Positions 51,593 through 60,907 of a stretch of DNA of 64,000 nt are shown here, one piece after another (positions within the stretch are counted from its first letter, which is position 1; every line of letters starts with the position of its first letter). The stretch lies in NCBI GenBank assembly GCA_044869275.1, contig JBIOXB010000014.1, forward strand, positions 27,264-91,263, in the 5' to 3' direction. This stretch comes from a bacterium. GTDB taxonomy: Bacteria; Zhuqueibacterota; Zhuqueibacteria; Zhuqueibacterales; Zhuqueibacteraceae. The position numbers and the translations under genes were made by a program. A model generated the notes under the pieces. That model saw only the letters and a program-made list of their open reading frames with translations, searched no databases and was not told the origin of the DNA.

Positions 51593-52891
51593 TCAAGCTG
51601 AAAATCTATCGAGAAATTTGTAGTACATCCCAACCACCGGCAAAAACCATGGCTGGCGGCGATAGAAAATACGCCTGGGAAAACTCAAATTCAAAAAAGG
51701 CGAATCGCATTCCTCGTCGCATAGTATCCGAGCGAGACACTTGCCAAAATAGACGCTCATCACCACGCCGTGGCCGGCATAGCCCATGGCGTAGTGCAGG
51801 CCCTCGTGCATGCCGAGATGCGGCATTTGATCAAACGCAAATCCGACGTTCCCATGCCAGGCGTATTCGATTTTGATGGCGTGCAATTGCGGAAAGACTT
51901 GCACCATGTCCCGTTGTAAAATTTTGGCAGCGTTTTGATCAGCCATGGGCGTGAAACTGGTACGCCCGCCGAAAAGCAGTCGATCATCCGGCGTGCGGCG
52001 GAAATAAAAGAGAAAATTTTTCGTGTCGTAAGCCATGCGATTCGAAGGCAGCAGTTCTGCCGCCAGGTTTTCCTCCAGCTTTTCGGTCACAATGATATAG
52101 CTGCCCAGGGGAATGATGCGCCGCCGCAGATTGGATAGAAAAGCCGGCGTATAAGCATTTGTTGCGGCAACGACCTCTCGGGCTTGCACCGTTCCTTGTG
52201 AGGTTGCCAGCAGAAATCCCGAGAACTGGCGGCGGCAGGAGAGCACCGGAGTGTTCTCGAAGAGCAATGCCCCGGCGCGCTGCGCGGCTACCGCCAACCC
52301 TGCAACCAGTTTGGCCGGATTCAGCCCGGCACTTTTAGTATCGATCAAGCCGCCGTGATAGATTGGTGAGCCCAGCTCCTTTTTCATTTCTGCCGCTGCC
52401 AGCAATTGCGTTTCATGGTGAAAATTCTCCCGCAAGAATTTTTGTGATGCCCGCAGGCCTTGAAAGTGAGAAGGCTTATATGCGACGCACAAATCACCGC
52501 AGCGCTGAAAATCACAAGCGATTTTTTCCGCGATGAGAAGTTGTTCGAGCTCGGCAATGGCTTCGAGCGAAGATCGAAAAAATCGTCGCGCGCGCTCGCG
52601 TCCGTATTTTTTGACCAGCATTTCGGGCGAGAGCTTCAAGCCCGTGAGCGCCATGCCGGCGTTGCGCGTGCTGGCGCCCCAGCCCACTTTTTCCTGCTCG
52701 CAGAGAACAACTCTCGCCCCTCTTTTTGCCGCATGCAGTGCCGTTGACAGGCCGGTCAATCCGCCGCCAATGATGGCGAGGTCTGTTTGTGCCGGAAGGT
52801 CGGCCGGTGGGTTTTGAGTCAAGGCGGCAATCGGGAAGGAATCCGTCCAATAGGGCGTTTCTCTCAAAGCAGGGTTTGCTTTTTTCGACAT
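51593..52891 (-). CDS. FAD-dependent oxidoreductase (DadA/PuuB-like)
   Basis: IIGGGLTGLS.A, GASTRNAG, ATNAY and GYAGHGV motifs. Confidence 0.9.
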   Translation of the reverse strand: MSKKANPALRETPYWTDSFPIAALTQNPPADLPAQTDLAIIGGGLTGLSTALHAAKRGARVVLCEQEKVGWGASTRNAGMALTGLKLSPEMLVKKYGRERARRFFRSSLEAIAELEQLLIAEKIACDFQRCGDLCVAYKPSHFQGLRASQKFLRENFHHETQLLAAAEMKKELGSPIYHGGLIDTKSAGLNPAKLVAGLAVAAQRAGALLFENTPVLSCRRQFSGFLLATSQGTVQAREVVAATNAYTPAFLSNLRRRIIPLGSYIIVTEKLEENLAAELLPSNRMAYDTKNFLFYFRRTPDDRLLFGGRTSFTPMADQNAAKILQRDMVQVFPQLHAIKIEYAWHGNVGFAFDQMPHLGMHEGLHYAMGYAGHGVVMSVYFGKCLARILCDEECDSPFLNLSFPRRIFYRRQPWFLPVVGMYYKFLDRFSA

Positions 52892-53304
52892 GGATAATTT
52901 TGCGCTAGGCCCAATAAGTGCTTAAAGAACCAAACATGGAAGGCAGAAAAATAGTCTCGGCATCCCAAGTGATTCTGTTTCAAGTCGCTGGCAGGTTTTA
53001 CTCGTTATCGCCAGTCTTTCCAGTTTTTGTGCTGCGCCAAGCTATGTAAGAATTACAATCTTGGCTTTTGCAAATCACGCCGTCTCCTCCATATTCTACC
53101 CGCTGCGATTGTGTTAATTGAATAAAACCAGTGCACAACTGCCTGCTGATCTGCTCCAAGGGGTTTTGGAACCAATTTTGTATGTGGTTTCATAGGGAGT
53201 AAGTGTTCTTATGCTTAGGTTTTGTCTAAACGTAGTAGCGGGCACGAATATCGAATGTGAGCATCAGGACTGAGGTCTCCTCATGCTGAAAAATAAGGAC
53301 AGCG

Positions 53305-53883
53305 GTGACTATGAAAGAACTCTTTTACTTTGTCTTCGCGGATTTGCTGGCGCGGATCGAATATCATCGCGCTGATAATTCGCTGCGCTATGCCACGCAC
53401 CGAAAAATGACCGTGAGTGAGCGGGCCCTGGTGGAGCAGTACTTGTTGGCCACTTTTGCGCTGAAGACGGAATACTACGAACGCCAACGGGCGCTTTTTG
53501 TTTACCTGGGGATAGATAAACTGCTTGCCAAAGCTTTGGATAAGTTTCACTCCAAAAACACCTTGCGTGAGTTTGGCGAGAAAGAAAAAGTGGTCAATGA
53601 CTCGGTCAGCGACCTTATTGGCCGTTCCATGCAAAATTACTATTTCGAGCAGATTGGTGACATGATTCTGGAGGCACGCCGTGAGCAGGCCGGCATCGGG
53701 GCCGGCTTTGGCGCCGAGCGCCGTGACCGGCGCAAAGTGAAATTGGAGGAATTGGTCAAGGCCTATAACGTTTATGCGGATCACGAAATAACCATCGATG
53801 AAATCATTCCCGCCGAGCTGAAATCCTTCTTCGGCATTCCCGCAGATACCGAGCACTTTCAAGCAGAACATACCGTGCGTTAG
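53305..53883 (+). CDS. Hypothetical cytoplasmic protein
   Basis: 192-aa ORF with protein-like composition and AAGGA RBS; no family recognised. Confidence 0.7.
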   Translation: MTMKELFYFVFADLLARIEYHRADNSLRYATHRKMTVSERALVEQYLLATFALKTEYYERQRALFVYLGIDKLLAKALDKFHSKNTLREFGEKEKVVNDSVSDLIGRSMQNYYFEQIGDMILEARREQAGIGAGFGAERRDRRKVKLEELVKAYNVYADHEITIDEIIPAELKSFFGIPADTEHFQAEHTVR

Positions 53884-53928
53884 GCGATCGGCTTTTCAAA
53901 CTCAGGATAAAATTCCAGCCTCTTATCG

Positions 53929-54060
53929 CCAACGGATAGATTAAGCCCAAGTGATGAAAAGACCAAAAGTTTTGTCCGTTGGACTTAATCTATCTGTTGG
54001 AGCCGCCCGCAGGGCTACGGTGTTCATCCCGACCCTTCGGGATGAAAATCCGTGGTAGCC
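53929..54060. repeat. Two adjacent long hairpins (REP-like)
   Basis: CCAACGGATAGATTAAGCCCAA / TTGGACTTAATCTATCTGTTGG (20/22 matches) and GGCTAC..TTCATCCCGA-CCCT-TCGGGATGAA..GTAGCC. Confidence 0.7.
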
Positions 54061-54367
54061 AGTTACAAGTGCACTCTCCGTAAAAAGACAAAAATTTTCT
54101 CCCGCGGAAAAAGTATAAAAAACTGCCGTTGAAAAACCTCCGCAACGGCGGGATGGCATGACAAAGTACAGTTTTCAAGATGAAACTGCACTATTATGAA
54201 TCAATTTACCAATTCCACCCGAATTTTTCAAGCCGTGCAGATGGCCTTGCCCTCAACGCCGATCCTTTGTGCCGTTCCAAATTTTGTCTTGTCTTTGCTC
54301 GGAGCGGGCGTTACTTTTCGTCACCTTTTGAGGTAAAGTTCAAGTATCAACCGTCGCAGGTAAAAAA

Positions 54368-55759
54368 ATGCCACACGCGCACCAGCTAGCCCTCGAAAAT
54401 CCCGCCACCAATGAGATTTTCAAAACGCTCGAGATGCCGGATAAAAAAGCACTGCACGCCATGCTGCAAAGAGCGCGGCAGGCGTTTGGCAATTGGCGCG
54501 GGACGCCCATAGCCGAGCGCGCCACCCTCACGCATCGTTTCATCGATGAGATGATGAAACGGCAGGAAGAAATCGCACGAGAAATCACGCTGCAAATGGG
54601 CAAGCCTATCAAACAAGCACGTGCGGAAGTGGCGACCATGGCGGAGCGTGCGCGCTTCATGGCCGCGATTGCGGCAGAAGCATTGGCCGATGAAATCCTG
54701 GCGGAAAAACCCGGATTCTTTCGCAAAATTGCGCACGAGCCGCGCGGCGTAGTGCTGGATATCGCCGCGTGGAATTATCCGCTGTTGATTTCGATCAACA
54801 TCGTCGCGCCGGCGATTCTCGCAGGAAACGCCGTGCTGCTGAAGCATTCTTCGCTCACGCCGCTTTGCGCTTTGCGCCTGCAAGAAGCTTATGCCGCGGC
54901 GGGTTTGCCCGAGGGTGTGCTGCAAGCGGCGACAGTAGACCGGAACGGCGGAGATTTTCTCGTGCAGGCGCCGGAGATCGACGCCGTGTTTTTCACCGGC
55001 TCCGTCGCTGGCGGCCATGAAGTCTATCAAAAAGCCGCGGCGGGATTGAAGCGCGTGGGCCTCGAGCTGGGCGGAAAAGATCCTGCCTATGTGCGCGCGG
55101 ATGCCGATCTGGCTTTTACCGTGCCCAACGTGGCCGATGGAGCCTTTTACAACTGCGGCCAAAGCTGCTGTGCGGTGGAGCGCATTTATGTTCACAAAGA
55201 AATCTATGACGAGTTTCTGGAGGCCTGTTTGAAAGAAGTACAATCGTATAAACTCGGCAATCCGCTTGCCGACGAAACTTATCTCGGCCCGCTCGCGCAG
55301 AAAAAGCAAATGGGTGTGTTGGAAGAACAAATCGAAGAAGCCGTGCATCGCGGCGCTCAAGTTTTGCTCGGCGGAAAGGCAACGCTTGTCAATGGCCACG
55401 GCAATTACTTCGAGCCCACGGTGCTGGTGAATGTTTCGAACGATATGAAGGTCATGCAAGAAGAGAACTTCGGCCCGATCATCGGCATCATGCCGGTTGG
55501 GGGAGACGAAGAAGCCGTGCGTTTGATGAACGCCAGCCGCTACGGCCTCACCGCCAGCATTTGGTCGCGCGATGAACAAGCGGCGCTGCGACTTGCTCCG
55601 CACATTCAAGCCGGCACGGTTTATCTCAATCGTTGCGACTATCTCGATCCCGCTTTGCCCTGGGTTGGTTATAAGGAAAGCGGGCTGGGGTGCTCGTTAT
55701 CGCATCATGGATTCATGGAAGTCACGAGGCCAAAAAGTTATCATTTCAGGCGGGCTTGA
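54368..55759 (+). CDS. NAD(P)-dependent aldehyde dehydrogenase
   Basis: AWNYP, FTGS, LELGGKDP, NCGQSCCA, EENFGP and G.KESG motifs. Confidence 0.95.
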   Translation: MPHAHQLALENPATNEIFKTLEMPDKKALHAMLQRARQAFGNWRGTPIAERATLTHRFIDEMMKRQEEIAREITLQMGKPIKQARAEVATMAERARFMAAIAAEALADEILAEKPGFFRKIAHEPRGVVLDIAAWNYPLLISINIVAPAILAGNAVLLKHSSLTPLCALRLQEAYAAAGLPEGVLQAATVDRNGGDFLVQAPEIDAVFFTGSVAGGHEVYQKAAAGLKRVGLELGGKDPAYVRADADLAFTVPNVADGAFYNCGQSCCAVERIYVHKEIYDEFLEACLKEVQSYKLGNPLADETYLGPLAQKKQMGVLEEQIEEAVHRGAQVLLGGKATLVNGHGNYFEPTVLVNVSNDMKVMQEENFGPIIGIMPVGGDEEAVRLMNASRYGLTASIWSRDEQAALRLAPHIQAGTVYLNRCDYLDPALPWVGYKESGLGCSLSHHGFMEVTRPKSYHFRRA

Positions 55760-55861
55760 GAATTTGAAAAGTTGCGAGGGCGCGTCAGACCTCAACGTGC
55801 TGTTAGAAAACCTCTTGCTTTTTGCGCTTGGCTGCTTTTCCTTCCAGTGCCATCGTCACTT

Positions 55862-56006
55862 TTAAGGATCGCCGTTTTAAATAACTTGCCCGTCCATTGA
55901 AACCGCTAATCAACGCGAATGGACGCTGATATGTTCTCGATTCGCGTTGATTAGCGCCCATTCGCGGTTTGAGAAAAGGGAAAGTTATTTTATTCTCAAT
56001 CCTAAA
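55862..56006. mobile_element. MITE-like element, copy 2
   Basis: Similar to 34815-34965; TTAAGGAT..AAATAACTT / AAGTTATTT..ATCCTAAA ends; internal AATCAACGCGAAT/ATTCGCGTTGATT palindrome. Confidence 0.7.
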
Positions 56007-56061
56007 TTCAATCCATTCCTTCGACAGCGCAAGCTTCCGCAGACAGCCCGGAACCGGATGC

Positions 56062-56676
56062 ATGAACGATCAGCAACGGCAGTTGGTGTCCCGTATTCAG
56101 GCCGGAGACGCCGCGGCGAAAAAAGAATTATTCGAGCGCTACAAAACGGCCATTTTTTGGAAGATTTGCCGCGTCCTGAAAACCGATGCTTTCAGCCTTG
56201 AAGATGTGGCGAGTGAGGTGCATCTCGCTTTGATGCAAGAGCTTTCCAAAGCAAGCTTTCAACCCGACCATTGGATTTCTCTCGATGCATTCGTCTGGGG
56301 CGTGACCCACAATAAAATTCGCGATTGGTTCAAAGAACAGAAACGTGATCGCCGGGTTTTTCAACACGATGCTTTTGCCGAGAAAATGGCTGAGGCTGCG
56401 GAAGACTATCGTTTGGAAAGCGAAGAACTCGCCCAGCTTCTCAGAACATGCTTGCGCAGATTGAAACCGGCATACCAGGAAGCTTTGGATTTGCGCTATT
56501 TCAAAGAATTATCCGTAGCGGAAATCAGCGCGCAGCTCGGTCTGCCGCCGCGCCGGGTGAGCGAGCGCATTCATTATGCCATAAAGCTGTTGCGTAAAGC
56601 CTGGGAAAAAGCCGGCAAAGTCGCATCAATATTTGCCCTGCTTGGGTTATTCTTACAGAGAGGGCCAATCACATGA
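56062..56676 (+). CDS. ECF-family RNA polymerase sigma factor
   Basis: Region 2 (GD.AA..ELFERY, EDV.SEV, NKIRDW) and region 4 (L.LRYFKELSVAEISAQLGLP...V..RIHYA) motifs. Confidence 0.92.
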   Translation: MNDQQRQLVSRIQAGDAAAKKELFERYKTAIFWKICRVLKTDAFSLEDVASEVHLALMQELSKASFQPDHWISLDAFVWGVTHNKIRDWFKEQKRDRRVFQHDAFAEKMAEAAEDYRLESEELAQLLRTCLRRLKPAYQEALDLRYFKELSVAEISAQLGLPPRRVSERIHYAIKLLRKAWEKAGKVASIFALLGLFLQRGPIT

Positions 56677-57371
56677 AGTGCGAAATGATGGATCGCGAAC
56701 AACGCCTCGACGATTTCCTGCTCAACAAGCTGCCGGTGCAGGAGGCCGAGTCCTTCGAGCAGCACGTTTTCGGCTGCCCAGAGTGTTTGGCAGAATTGCG
56801 CCTGCGGGGACAGATGATCAAGCTGATCAAAGAAGAACGCATCACCGCAATCGGCGAAGTTACACAATCACGACGCGCGAAGCCGCGGGCAGGCTTTCTC
56901 GGGGCGATCTCCGATTTTTTTAGAGTGACGCCCAACGCCTGGATTTACGCCGGCGTTGTGGCCGCGCTGGTCATTCTGATTTTGGTTTCACCAATCTTTC
57001 GCGGCAAAGAGGCCGCAGAAAACTATGCGGCTAATTTTGCGGTTTCACCGCGGCTTGAAAGCTTGATTGGGCAGGCGCTACGATCCGCGGATTTGGCTGT
57101 TTCAGTGATTTCCCCACGCCATGATGAACAATTTTCCTCGGGAGATATTTTGTTTCGCTGGCATATCAAAAGAGGTGAGGAAAGTGTTGAGTTGCCGCTG
57201 GAGCTGAAGATTTTGAACAATCAGGAAGCGCTAATTCACAACTTCCAAGTGAAGGGGCAAGAGTATCGCTTGCGAGAACGCCTGACGCCGGGGCTTTATT
57301 ATTGGACGCTGGAGTATCAGGGAGAAATGGCATATTTAGGTAAATTCACAATTAGTGAGGAGAGGCGATAG
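56673..57371 (+). CDS. Zinc-binding (zf-HC2) single-pass membrane anti-sigma factor
   Basis: MKC...FEQHVFGCPEC (HxxxCxxC), TM helix, extracytoplasmic beta domain (PGLYYW); ATGA overlap with the sigma gene. Confidence 0.88.
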   Translation: MKCEMMDREQRLDDFLLNKLPVQEAESFEQHVFGCPECLAELRLRGQMIKLIKEERITAIGEVTQSRRAKPRAGFLGAISDFFRVTPNAWIYAGVVAALVILILVSPIFRGKEAAENYAANFAVSPRLESLIGQALRSADLAVSVISPRHDEQFSSGDILFRWHIKRGEESVELPLELKILNNQEALIHNFQVKGQEYRLRERLTPGLYYWTLEYQGEMAYLGKFTISEERR

Positions 57372-57414
57372 ACAATCGGAATTTGTACTTGTCCAACAGA
57401 AGCTGGAATGAAAA

Positions 57415-60400
57415 ATGAAGGATAAAATCAGGCATAAACAAGATTCAAACAAATCTTATTTTTTGAGATGCTCTTTTTACCTCGTCCTCGTGCTCGTGAA
57501 AATACCTTGCTTGTCTCTGGCTGGCTACTGTTTTGGGCAGGTGCCTGTTACACCGACAAAAGAGGATACGGCTTTGGCGCGTGCGTATCACACCAGCGCG
57601 GAAAAATTCTTTCAAGAGGCGCAATACGACAGTTCAATTTTTTATTATGAAAAAGCCATCGGCATTTACGAAAAATCAGCAAAGCTAGGCAACGATTTCA
57701 ATCTTTGGGTTCGGTATGTGCAATGCTGTAGCCAGCTTGGAAACAACCTGAGATTGAAGGATAAAATTACCGAGGCGTTGGCGTTTTTGCATAAAACTTT
57801 AGAAATCGGGACTGATAAGTTGGGCGAAAATCATCCTGAAATAGCCTCGATTTACGAAAACCTTGCTGCTGCCTATGCGAATCAAGGCGGCGGCCAATCT
57901 CCTGATGAGTACATTGAAAAATCGCTGGCCATTCGACGTCAAGCATTCGGGGAGAATCATCCACTCGTCGCTAAAGCGTACTATAAAATGGGATACTATG
58001 GATTTCGAAATGACCGCGATAAAAAACTCGAATACATGCATAAGGCTTTGGACATCCAACTGCGTTTGTTTGGGGAGAGCAATCTAGATGTTGCCGACAG
58101 CTATTTCAGCATCGGAACTATCCATGGCAATAACGGCGATGTTGATCTTGCGATAATCTGGGAAAACAAAGCGCTCGCTATCCGGCAGAAATTGCTGGGG
58201 ATGAAGCATCCGGATGTGGGCCATACTTTCAATAACCTGGCTATAGAATACGCTAAGAAAAAGGACTTCGCAAGGGCAATTGAATATTTTACAGCTTCCG
58301 GAAATATTTTCAGGCATAACTTTGACGAAAATCACCAATTTGTCACCCGCAGTTATGTGAATTTGGCTTTGGTGCACGCCACTAACGGGGAGTACGATAA
58401 AGCCCTGGAGTATCTACTCAAAACTTTAGATTCGTTTAAGAAATCATTCGGAGAAAACCTGTTTGTGGCCAATAATTACCGTATGATCGCATATAGTTAT
58501 ATGGGCAAAGGAGAACATGCGATGGCGATGAAATACCTGGATGATGCCATTGCCTTGTTTCGGCGTTTAGGCGCAGAGCACACGATTTCCATGGCGATTA
58601 CGTACCAAGTTTACGGCGAGCTCTATTACAAGCTTAACGAATTCGAAAAAACACTTCACTACCTCCAACTGGCTATTATTGCAGCCGCCTCCGATTTCGC
58701 CGACACCGATGTTTATGAAAACCCGCCTTTAGCCAACCAGAATTTGAAAGGGGCTTTGCTTGACTTCCTTTCATTAAAGGCAAAGACGTTTGCACGGCTT
58801 TACCAGACAACCTCGCATGAGTATCAAGACATTCATGCGGCATTGTCAACTTATCAACTGATCTTCGATTTCGTTGACAATATCCGCAGTGGACATAAAG
58901 GAGAAGAAGCGAAGCTCTTGTTGGGCGAGAATACCATGAAGCTTTATGGCGAGGCCATTGCCGTTGCCTTGCAAGTTTATGACATAACTTATGACAAGAC
59001 CTATCAGGCTTTGGCTTTTACCTTTGCTGAAAAAAGCAAAGCCGCCATACTTGCCCAGTCACTGCAGGAATCTCGTGCCAAGCAGTTTAGCGGTATCCCA
59101 GAGGATTTGTTGGAGCAGGAAAAGGGCTTGAGGATCAACCTGACCTTCGATGAAACCGAGATTCAAAAGGAAAAGTCCAGAGCCGGGACGTCGAAGAGTA
59201 ACAAAATTCTTCAATTGGAAGACCAATATTTTCAGCACAAACGCGACTATGATGCGCTTATTGCAACTTTTGAAAAATCCTATACCAACTATTATGATTT
59301 GAAATATAGGACACAAACTGTTTCGGTGGCGGCCTTGCAAGAGAAACTCGATGGGCAGACAGCGGTAATGGAGTTCTTTATGGGAGACACAACGGTCTTT
59401 TCTTTTGTTGTTACCCAACGGAAGTTTGCGGTAGTTGTTTATCCCAAAAGCACAAACCTTGAAAAAATTCTGGCTGAATTTGCCAGTTCCTTTACGAATG
59501 TCACCTCGAAATCCTTTTACTTGGATCACGCCAGCGAGTTATACCAGACATTGATTGTACCCATTGAGCCTTGGGTGCGAGAAAAGCCTAAATGGGTGAT
59601 CATTCCTGATGGCGGGTTGTTTCAAATTCCCTTCGAGTCTTTGCTCGCTGGGCCAATTGCGCAAGGCGCCTCTTCGGATTATCAGAGTTTGCCGTATTTG
59701 ATCAGAGCACACGATATTTCGTATCATTTCTCCTCCACCTTGTTTTTAAGCATTGGCCCGGAAATCTCCCTCGCAAGTTATGGCAATAACTTTGTCGGTT
59801 TCGCTCCAGTGTTCAGCAAAAATGGCACGTTGAGCCCAGGTATTCTCAATTCTTTTACCGTGGCGCGCCCAGATGCTTCATCGTATCTCATTAGCCGCGA
59901 CGGCAAAACGCTGGATGAATTAAGATACAGCGAACAGGAGCTGCAAACGATCGTGCAGGCTTTTTCCTATGGCGGCCGCATCTACCTGCACGAGGAGGCT
60001 TCAGAGGAAAATTTCAAGAAGAACGTCAATGGCCACAAATTTGTTCATGTCGCCACGCATGGCTTCATCAACAGCGAGAACCCCAAATTATCCAATCTCG
60101 CTTTCTCGCAGCCGCGAACTGCTGACGCTCAGGAAGACGGGATTCTCTATGCCGGCGAAATGTATAATTTGGATTTAAACGCAGATTTGCTGGTCTTAAG
60201 CGCCTGCCAAACCGGTGCGGGAAAAATCATGAAGGGCGAGGGTCTCATGGCTCTGACGCGCGGTTTTTTTTATTCCGGCGCGCGCAATATCGTCGCGTCG
60301 CTGTGGAAAGTTCATGACGAGCACACCAGCCGTTTGATGGTCGAGTTTTATCGCGAGATCGCAGTGGGTAAAACTTATTCCGCGGCTTTACGCGCAGCCA

Positions 60401-60474
60401 AGCTGAAGATGATTGCCAATCCCGAAACCGCCGCGCCGCAGAGCTGGGCCGGATTTGTGCTGATGGGAAGGTAG
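57415..60474 (+). CDS. TPR-CHAT (caspase-like) protease 1, probable signal peptide
   Basis: GENHP-type TPR repeats, AEKSKA, IIPDG.L..IPFE.L, catalytic HVATHG and LSACQTG, SLWKV and WAGFVL.G motifs. Confidence 0.93.
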   Translation: MKDKIRHKQDSNKSYFLRCSFYLVLVLVKIPCLSLAGYCFGQVPVTPTKEDTALARAYHTSAEKFFQEAQYDSSIFYYEKAIGIYEKSAKLGNDFNLWVRYVQCCSQLGNNLRLKDKITEALAFLHKTLEIGTDKLGENHPEIASIYENLAAAYANQGGGQSPDEYIEKSLAIRRQAFGENHPLVAKAYYKMGYYGFRNDRDKKLEYMHKALDIQLRLFGESNLDVADSYFSIGTIHGNNGDVDLAIIWENKALAIRQKLLGMKHPDVGHTFNNLAIEYAKKKDFARAIEYFTASGNIFRHNFDENHQFVTRSYVNLALVHATNGEYDKALEYLLKTLDSFKKSFGENLFVANNYRMIAYSYMGKGEHAMAMKYLDDAIALFRRLGAEHTISMAITYQVYGELYYKLNEFEKTLHYLQLAIIAAASDFADTDVYENPPLANQNLKGALLDFLSLKAKTFARLYQTTSHEYQDIHAALSTYQLIFDFVDNIRSGHKGEEAKLLLGENTMKLYGEAIAVALQVYDITYDKTYQALAFTFAEKSKAAILAQSLQESRAKQFSGIPEDLLEQEKGLRINLTFDETEIQKEKSRAGTSKSNKILQLEDQYFQHKRDYDALIATFEKSYTNYYDLKYRTQTVSVAALQEKLDGQTAVMEFFMGDTTVFSFVVTQRKFAVVVYPKSTNLEKILAEFASSFTNVTSKSFYLDHASELYQTLIVPIEPWVREKPKWVIIPDGGLFQIPFESLLAGPIAQGASSDYQSLPYLIRAHDISYHFSSTLFLSIGPEISLASYGNNFVGFAPVFSKNGTLSPGILNSFTVARPDASSYLISRDGKTLDELRYSEQELQTIVQAFSYGGRIYLHEEASEENFKKNVNGHKFVHVATHGFINSENPKLSNLAFSQPRTADAQEDGILYAGEMYNLDLNADLLVLSACQTGAGKIMKGEGLMALTRGFFYSGARNIVASLWKVHDEHTSRLMVEFYREIAVGKTYSAALRAAKLKMIANPETAAPQSWAGFVLMGR

Positions 60475-60509
60475 GAACGGAAGTGTTCCGGCGATGGTAC
60501 TGTGATGGA

Positions 60510-60893
60510 TCAAGGAAAAATGATATCAACATCGTCAACCCGTCGAAAATCCTGATCCATCATCGCGATCTTCAGGTTGAAATTCTTGGCAAGAACATGT
60601 TGATAAGCGTCGTCGAGATCCAAAGCAAATTCTCGAGCGGCCTTGAAAAGGGATTCATGAGTATTTGCCGGAAGGCTCAAGATTTGAATGCTGGGAAGGG
60701 TATCAGCAAGAAACTTTCGAAAAACGTCCATTGCCTTGCTTTTTAGCAGAACGATTCCAATCGAATGCCGGGAAAAATCGGAAATAAAAAGACCCGTCGT
60801 ATTTTTGCTCAAAAAGTTCTTGCAAATTTCACTCTTCTTCTGCTTCAGAAAAATCTCGAGAAGGATGTTGGCATGGGCAAGCTTCATTCTCAT
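60510..60893 (-). pseudogene. PIN-domain (VapC-like) gene, probably degenerate and without antitoxin
   Basis: NILLEIFL, ISDFS.HSIG, LDLDDAYQ and MDQDF fit a PIN fold, but the first catalytic D-x-N reads H-A-N. Confidence 0.6.
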
Positions 60894-60907
60894 TGGGAGA
60901 TAAAACT

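Noticed and set aside
53167..53182. Sigma54-like TGGAAC-N5-TTGTA upstream of the orphan gene
   Set aside because: Both the -24 (TGGCAC) and -12 (GC) elements deviate; too weak to call.
55784..55797. GTCAGACCTCAACG resembling the RAYT repeat arm
   Set aside because: Short match without a partner arm or spacer; could be chance.
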